A stretch of DNA of 64,000 nucleotides, taken from assembly GCA_965602015.1 (NCBI GenBank), contig OZ271918.1, positions 256,001-320,000 of the forward strand, written 5' to 3'. Made by a program: the position numbers and the translations under genes. This DNA comes from Salinispira sp. (GTDB taxonomy: Bacteria > Spirochaetota > Spirochaetia > DSM-27196 > Salinispiraceae). Position 1 is the first letter of the stretch; the number at the start of each line of letters is the position of its first letter. The notes beneath the pieces are model-generated. The model was not told the DNA's origin and made no database searches. It worked only from the letters and a program-made list of their open reading frames with translations. Shown here one piece after another: positions 59,008 to 64,000 of this stretch.

Positions 59008-60422
59008 GTCTGCTCCTCAAACCACACCTTCGAGGAATTTGCGAAGGACTTTTTGCCCGCGAGGAAAAAATACCAGATTAATGTTCCCAGGGCGTACGCA
59101 AGGGCGACTCCCAGGGCCGCGACAAACCAGGTCATATCCCCGGTCTGATAAGCCCTGGCTGAAAAGTTGATCGATAGGATAAAGGGTATTGCCAGAACGA
59201 AGGTCATTCCCGAGGCATAGGTATAATCCGAGGCCACCGGGGTTTCAAATTCAGGGTCGAGAACCCGAAGCAGTGCCAGACCGGTTGACAGGGTTCCCGT
59301 AGAAACGCCGAATACCAGGAGGGAACGCAGGAATTTATGATCGGTGAACACCCGGCTTCCCATCCAGGGGATTATGGTGATGGTCATAGCTCCGGCTGCC
59401 AGTGCGGTAATTATTATGGGAATCCAGTACTGGGCGACCACCACCAGACTGATTGCGGCTATCGAGCTGGTGACCATCAGGTCCACCGACAGTCCGGAAA
59501 CCCGGTTGAGGGTCCGGTTGTCCAAAATGTGATCCGCGCCGAAGACGCTGAAGAGTTTGCGGACCAGCATCCCCATCAAAGCGGCAAATATAAAACTGAT
59601 CCCCCAGAGGTTTGTCGCCAGCTCGCTACCCATCGGACCTAAGAGCCCAAGAAGCACTCCCAGGCCGCTGAGAAACAGGAATGTGAGCATATACGCGAAC
59701 AGTACTGCGACGGCGTTGAAGGTCAGCGGATCGATGGCCTCAGTCTGGGTCGTCTGATAAGAACCGACGGGAAGCTCTGACCCTTTGGGGTACACGCCGG
59801 TTCGAACGCCTTCAGTTCTTATGCTGTCGATGTACGCCGAGCTGATCCATTTGTGCTTCACTCCGTAGTTGATAAGGAAAATCCCCCCGAAGCTCGCGAC
59901 AATGAAGCCGATGGCGGCGAAGGTAAGACCCACTGTCCCCGCATCATCAATACCGAATATCTTCCAGCCCTCCCCGATTGCGAACGCCTGCCCGGGGCCT
60001 TGCGCGTAGCCAAGGGGGAGAAGAAGCCCGAAACTATGAAACAGGTCGGGCATAAAGCTGTGGATAAACAGCCAGGTCAGGCCCAGGCCGATGAGCGCCT
60101 GAATGCCGAACTGAGACAGAATCGCCATCGAAGTTCCGGAAATGTTTCTGCCCCGACCCTTCTGCTTGTACGGCGCCCGCAGGGTTAGGGCGATAAATGA
60201 CAGGCTCAAAAGATGATATGCCAGCTCTCCCAGAGCATCGGTGTTCATATTGAGGCTGGGAAACACGTAATTATACAGGGGCAGCAAAATGAAGCCGGCA
60301 ATAATGGAGTTGGGGATCAGAAACCGCTGGAAAAACCTGACCCTGGTCCTGATAAAGGTGGCCAGAAGCAGACCTGCAGCGATGATTCCTCCGTTGAGAA
60401 AAAAGTTCCAGTTGAAATTCAT
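59004..60422 (-). CDS. gltS: Sodium/glutamate symporter (ESS family)
   Basis: FLIPNSIIAG, GYAQGPGQ, GLTFAAIG, GVSTGT...GLALLRVLDP. Confidence 0.75.
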   Translation of the reverse strand: MNFNWNFFLNGGIIAAGLLLATFIRTRVRFFQRFLIPNSIIAGFILLPLYNYVFPSLNMNTDALGELAYHLLSLSFIALTLRAPYKQKGRGRNISGTSMAILSQFGIQALIGLGLTWLFIHSFMPDLFHSFGLLLPLGYAQGPGQAFAIGEGWKIFGIDDAGTVGLTFAAIGFIVASFGGIFLINYGVKHKWISSAYIDSIRTEGVRTGVYPKGSELPVGSYQTTQTEAIDPLTFNAVAVLFAYMLTFLFLSGLGVLLGLLGPMGSELATNLWGISFIFAALMGMLVRKLFSVFGADHILDNRTLNRVSGLSVDLMVTSSIAAISLVVVAQYWIPIIITALAAGAMTITIIPWMGSRVFTDHKFLRSLLVFGVSTGTLSTGLALLRVLDPEFETPVASDYTYASGMTFVLAIPFILSINFSARAYQTGDMTWFVAALGVALAYALGTLIWYFFLAGKKSFANSSKVWFEEQT

Positions 60423-60508
60423 GGACCCTCCTGATGGGCGTCAGGCTTATAATCATACGACGGCCTTTGCCACTGGACAAGCAGAGATTTCGTGCTAAGA
60501 TTTTCCCC

Positions 60509-61333
60509 ATGGAGCTAGCGGGCTTTTTACCAGAGTTTTTCGACGAGATCGACTCCACCAATTCTTATGTTTCCCGGCATTTTGACGAGCTGCCTCACCA
60601 CAGCCTGATTTATGCGGGCATCCAGACCCTCGGCCGTGGTCGACTTTCACGGGAGTGGGATTCTTCCGCCCGGGGAAATCTTTACATGAGCCTGCTGATT
60701 AAGGATCCTCAGGTCCTCAAGGCCGCGGCAGTTGCCAATTTCACTCAGCTCATGGCCCTTTCGGCTGTCAGGGCCCTAAGGAATTTAGGGGTCAGGGCGG
60801 GCATCAAATGGCCGAATGACATTTTTGCCGCAAGCAAAATTTCAGGTGATCACCGGTCTGTAGGTCGGAATGTGAGCCAGCCGGAGGCTGCAATAACGGG
60901 TAAGCTGGGAGGAATTCTCAGTGAAGGACGGTTTTCCGGGGACCGGGTCCGCGGGGTAATCATCGGGCTGGGGCTGAACCTCGCTGGCGCGCCGGTGCTT
61001 CCGGCTGATAGTCCCTACCGGGCGGTGAGCGTGGCCGATCTACTGCCACCTGGGCAAAATCATCCTATTGACGTGGAGCAGTTTCTGCCCCGTATTCTTG
61101 GAGAATATAGCGCCCTGTATCCGGATTTTTGCCGGGAGGGTTTCGCATCGTTTGCCGGGGAATATCAGGAGGCGCTACTGTTTACCGATAAACCGTTGCG
61201 CATAGAAGCCGATGGATTCAAAGACGAGTATCGCTTCGCCGGTTTGGGTGAGGGCGGCGGCTTGCTCCTGAAATCAATGAAGGGAGAAACGGTGGAATTA
61301 CATGCGGGAGATATACGATGGGAAATTTTCTGA
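60509..61333 (+). CDS. birA: Biotin-protein ligase (no HTH)
   Basis: DSTN, QTLGRGR, NLYMS, KWPND, KLGGIL, GLGLN. Confidence 0.9.
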   Translation: MELAGFLPEFFDEIDSTNSYVSRHFDELPHHSLIYAGIQTLGRGRLSREWDSSARGNLYMSLLIKDPQVLKAAAVANFTQLMALSAVRALRNLGVRAGIKWPNDIFAASKISGDHRSVGRNVSQPEAAITGKLGGILSEGRFSGDRVRGVIIGLGLNLAGAPVLPADSPYRAVSVADLLPPGQNHPIDVEQFLPRILGEYSALYPDFCREGFASFAGEYQEALLFTDKPLRIEADGFKDEYRFAGLGEGGGLLLKSMKGETVELHAGDIRWEIF

Positions 61334-61566
61334 CGGGCATCAATTTTATGCTTGTGGGCATGGGAGGGGTGTTCTCCTTTCTGCTGATTCTGGTGATAAG
61401 CATGAACGCCATGCACAGGCTGGTTGCCCTGTGGGAGCGCTCGGAATCCAATAAGACCCAAGCGCTCGGCGAAGATGTAACCGACGAGGAAGGTGCACGC
61501 AGCGCCGCAATCGTCGCAGCCCTTCATTATCATAAAACGCGTACTTCAAAGAGGAAAATACAATGA
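61318..61566 (+). CDS. oadG: Na+-translocating decarboxylase gamma subunit
   Basis: GMGGVFSFLLILV TM segment, AAIVAAL; operon position. Confidence 0.85.
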   Translation: MGNFLTGINFMLVGMGGVFSFLLILVISMNAMHRLVALWERSESNKTQALGEDVTDEEGARSAAIVAALHYHKTRTSKRKIQ

Positions 61567-63464
61567 AAAATATCGATGTGATGATTACCGCATTTCGCGA
61601 CGGTTTCCAGTCGGTGTACGGCGCCCGGGTATTCACCGATGATTTTATACCGGCGATTGAAGCCGCCCGGGATGCGGGAATAACCCATTTCGAGGCCGGA
61701 GGAGGCGCCCGATTCCAGGCCCTATACTTCTACTGCAACGAAGACGCCTTTGACATGATGGATCGGTTTCGATCCGCCGCAGGTCCCGAGGCGAATCTGC
61801 AGACCCTGTCGAGAGGAGTCAATGTGGTGGGCCTTGATTCCCAGCCGAGCGACATCATTGATTTGCACGCAAAAATGTTCAAAAAGCACGGCATGACGAC
61901 AATCAGGAATTTTGATGCCCTGAATGACGTTAATAATCTCATTCCCTCCGGGCGGGCAATCAAGGCTGCCGGGTTAAAACATGAGGTGTCGGTCACCCTC
62001 ATGTCTCTGCCGCCGGGAACCCCCGGTGAGGATATCGCTCATACGCCGGAGTTTTATTCAGCGACCCTTCGCCGTATCCTTGATTCGGGGGTGGAATTCG
62101 ATTCGGTCTGCTACAAGGATGCTTCGGGCACCTCGACGCCGAAAACCGTGTACGAGTCAATTAAGCAGGCGAAGGCCATGCTCCCCCCGGAAATACCGGT
62201 GCGTTTTCACAGCCACGATACCGTGGGTACCTGTATCGCCCAATACACCGCGGCACTGGAGGCCGGTGCAAATGGTATCGACTTGTCCATGGCTCCGGTA
62301 TCCGGCGGCACCTGCCAAAGCGACGTGATTTCCATGTGGCATGCACTGCGGGGAACCGAGTTCGACTTGGGCATCGATATTGATAAAATGCGGGAAGCCG
62401 AGGAAGTCCTAAAGGATTGCATGAAGGATTATTTTCTGCCCCCCGAATCAAAAGCCGTCGAGCCGCTGATCCCTTTTTCACCGATGCCCGGCGGAGCCCT
62501 CACCGCCAATACCCAGATGCTCAGGGATAACGGGATTATGGACCGGTATCCGGAAATAATCGCCAAGATGAGAGAGGTGGTTAAACTCGGCGGATTCGGC
62601 ACCAGCGTAACTCCCGTGTCTCAGTTTTATTTCCAGCAGGCGTTTAATAACGCCATGTTCGGAGACTGGGCCAAAATCGCCAAGGGCTACGGCAAAATGG
62701 TTCTGGGCTACTTCGGGAAAACCCCGGTTCCCGCCGACCCGGAAATCGTTAAGATTGCATCTGAGCAGTTGGGTCTGGAGCCCACGGATCGCCGGGTCGT
62801 GGAGATCAACGACGCCGATCCTGGAAAAGGTATTGCCGCCGCCGTTCGTGCGCTGGAGGCCCAGGGGCTTCCCGTCACCAATGAGAATATTTTTATAGCG
62901 GCGACCTGCAAAGAAAAAGGACTTCAGTTTCTAAAAGGAGAAGCAACCGTGGGGGTGCGAAAGCATAGCGACGGTAAAGTGCAGGAAACATCATCGCCTG
63001 CAGCCCAAACCGCTTCGCCCCCTGTCAAAACCGAGCAGCAAAGCGCCGGGGCAGCATACCGGGTCAATGTGGACGGCCGCGAGTACCGCGTACAGGTTAG
63101 GGAAGACGGTACGGCAGACCTCGCCGGCCCTCCCTACGCGGCGCAGGTACCCGCTACTTCAGCTCACAGCACCGCGGTTCCCGCACATAACGGCCCTGTC
63201 AACGATGCTCCGCCTAGCGGCAGTCCGACCGTCGCTTCCCCGGCAGTCGCAGCGAGCATAGACGCGCCGCTTCCCGGCAAAATTATCAGAGTAATGAAGG
63301 TCGCAGGCGACCGGGTGCACCGGGGTGAGACCGTGCTTGTCATTGAGGCGATGAAGATGGAAACCGAGCTCAAGAGTCCGGTGGACGGCACGGTGGCGGA
63401 AGTTCTGGTGGACTCCGGGAAGCAGGTAAATACCGGTGAGTGCCTGGTTACCTTTTTAGGATAA
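61563..63464 (+). CDS. oadA: Na+-translocating decarboxylase alpha subunit (carboxyltransferase plus biotin carrier)
   Basis: FRDGFQS, GGARF, HSH, MPGG, VTPVSQ, EAMKME biotin site. Confidence 0.88.
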   Translation: MKNIDVMITAFRDGFQSVYGARVFTDDFIPAIEAARDAGITHFEAGGGARFQALYFYCNEDAFDMMDRFRSAAGPEANLQTLSRGVNVVGLDSQPSDIIDLHAKMFKKHGMTTIRNFDALNDVNNLIPSGRAIKAAGLKHEVSVTLMSLPPGTPGEDIAHTPEFYSATLRRILDSGVEFDSVCYKDASGTSTPKTVYESIKQAKAMLPPEIPVRFHSHDTVGTCIAQYTAALEAGANGIDLSMAPVSGGTCQSDVISMWHALRGTEFDLGIDIDKMREAEEVLKDCMKDYFLPPESKAVEPLIPFSPMPGGALTANTQMLRDNGIMDRYPEIIAKMREVVKLGGFGTSVTPVSQFYFQQAFNNAMFGDWAKIAKGYGKMVLGYFGKTPVPADPEIVKIASEQLGLEPTDRRVVEINDADPGKGIAAAVRALEAQGLPVTNENIFIAATCKEKGLQFLKGEATVGVRKHSDGKVQETSSPAAQTASPPVKTEQQSAGAAYRVNVDGREYRVQVREDGTADLAGPPYAAQVPATSAHSTAVPAHNGPVNDAPPSGSPTVASPAVAASIDAPLPGKIIRVMKVAGDRVHRGETVLVIEAMKMETELKSPVDGTVAEVLVDSGKQVNTGECLVTFLG

Positions 63465-63472
63465 GTGCTGCT

Positions 63473-64000
63473 ATGAATATTGCGCAATCCCTCGGAGAGC
63501 TGTGGCGATCAACCGGGGCCTTCGGCTTTACCCAATCCTCAATGATGTTATTCGGATGGCTCCCCGGGGAGGCGGTGATGATAGTCATCGCCCTGGTTCT
63601 CCTGTATTTGGGTATCGTCCGGGGCTTCGAACCCTTGCTGCTCATTCCCATCGGCTTCGGCGGATTGCTGGCAAACATTCCCCTGGCGGACATAGCCGGT
63701 CCCGACGGCTTTCTGGGTATCATTTCCGCTTTCGGAGTGGACAATGGTCTGTTCCCCCTTCTGATTTTTATGGGGGTAGGCGCCATGACGGACTTCGGAC
63801 CGCTTCTGGCCCATCCGAAAACTGCGCTGCTGGGAGCAGCCGCCCAATTTGGCATATTTTTTACCTTTCTCGCGGCTCTCGGGCTCTCGGACATAATTCC
63901 CGGCGTCGAGTTTTCCATTCGCGAAGCGTCGGCCATCAGCATAATCGGAGGGGCCGACGGACCTACGGCTATCTACGTGGCCAACAAGCTGGCGGACAAT
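63473..64000 (+). CDS. oadB: Na+-translocating decarboxylase beta subunit, truncated by window edge
   Basis: Manual translation: [19 protein letters not shown]...[20 protein letters not shown]...[11 protein letters not shown]...[12 protein letters not shown]. Confidence 0.92.
   Translation, partial: MNIAQSLGELWRSTGAFGFTQSSMMLFGWLPGEAVMIVIALVLLYLGIVRGFEPLLLIPIGFGGLLANIPLADIAGPDGFLGIISAFGVDNGLFPLLIFMGVGAMTDFGPLLAHPKTALLGAAAQFGIFFTFLAALGLSDIIPGVEFSIREASAISIIGGADGPTAIYVANKLADN

Overview
Bacterial chromosomal segment, probably from a free-living spirochaete (inferred from gene content). Housekeeping and metabolic genes: SMUG1-like glycosylase, polB, argJ, a MoxR/DUF58/Bat operon, infA, dksA-like, cysK/metY, EctR-like MarR with a glycine-betaine ABC transporter, udk, rsmE, mdh, GH36 alpha-galactosidase, a ynj-like ABC cluster, several sensor kinases, gltS, birA and oadGAB. 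The most interesting content is a nested mobile-DNA system. (1) A 20-bp terminal inverted repeat (TIR), GTGCCCCCAAAACAGCTGAT, bounds three intergenic 145-146 bp elements with strongly diverged interiors, occurs once as a solo end, and bounds a 1250-bp element encoding an IS1-like Zn-ribbon/HTH/DD(N) transposase. (2) An IS110-family (IS1111-type) element is inserted inside one of these TIRs at a CA core. Its downstream non-coding region contains segments matching both the TIR target and its own circle junction, as expected for a bridge/seek RNA programmed against the other element's ends. Product calls come from recognising motifs by eye; no database searches were run.
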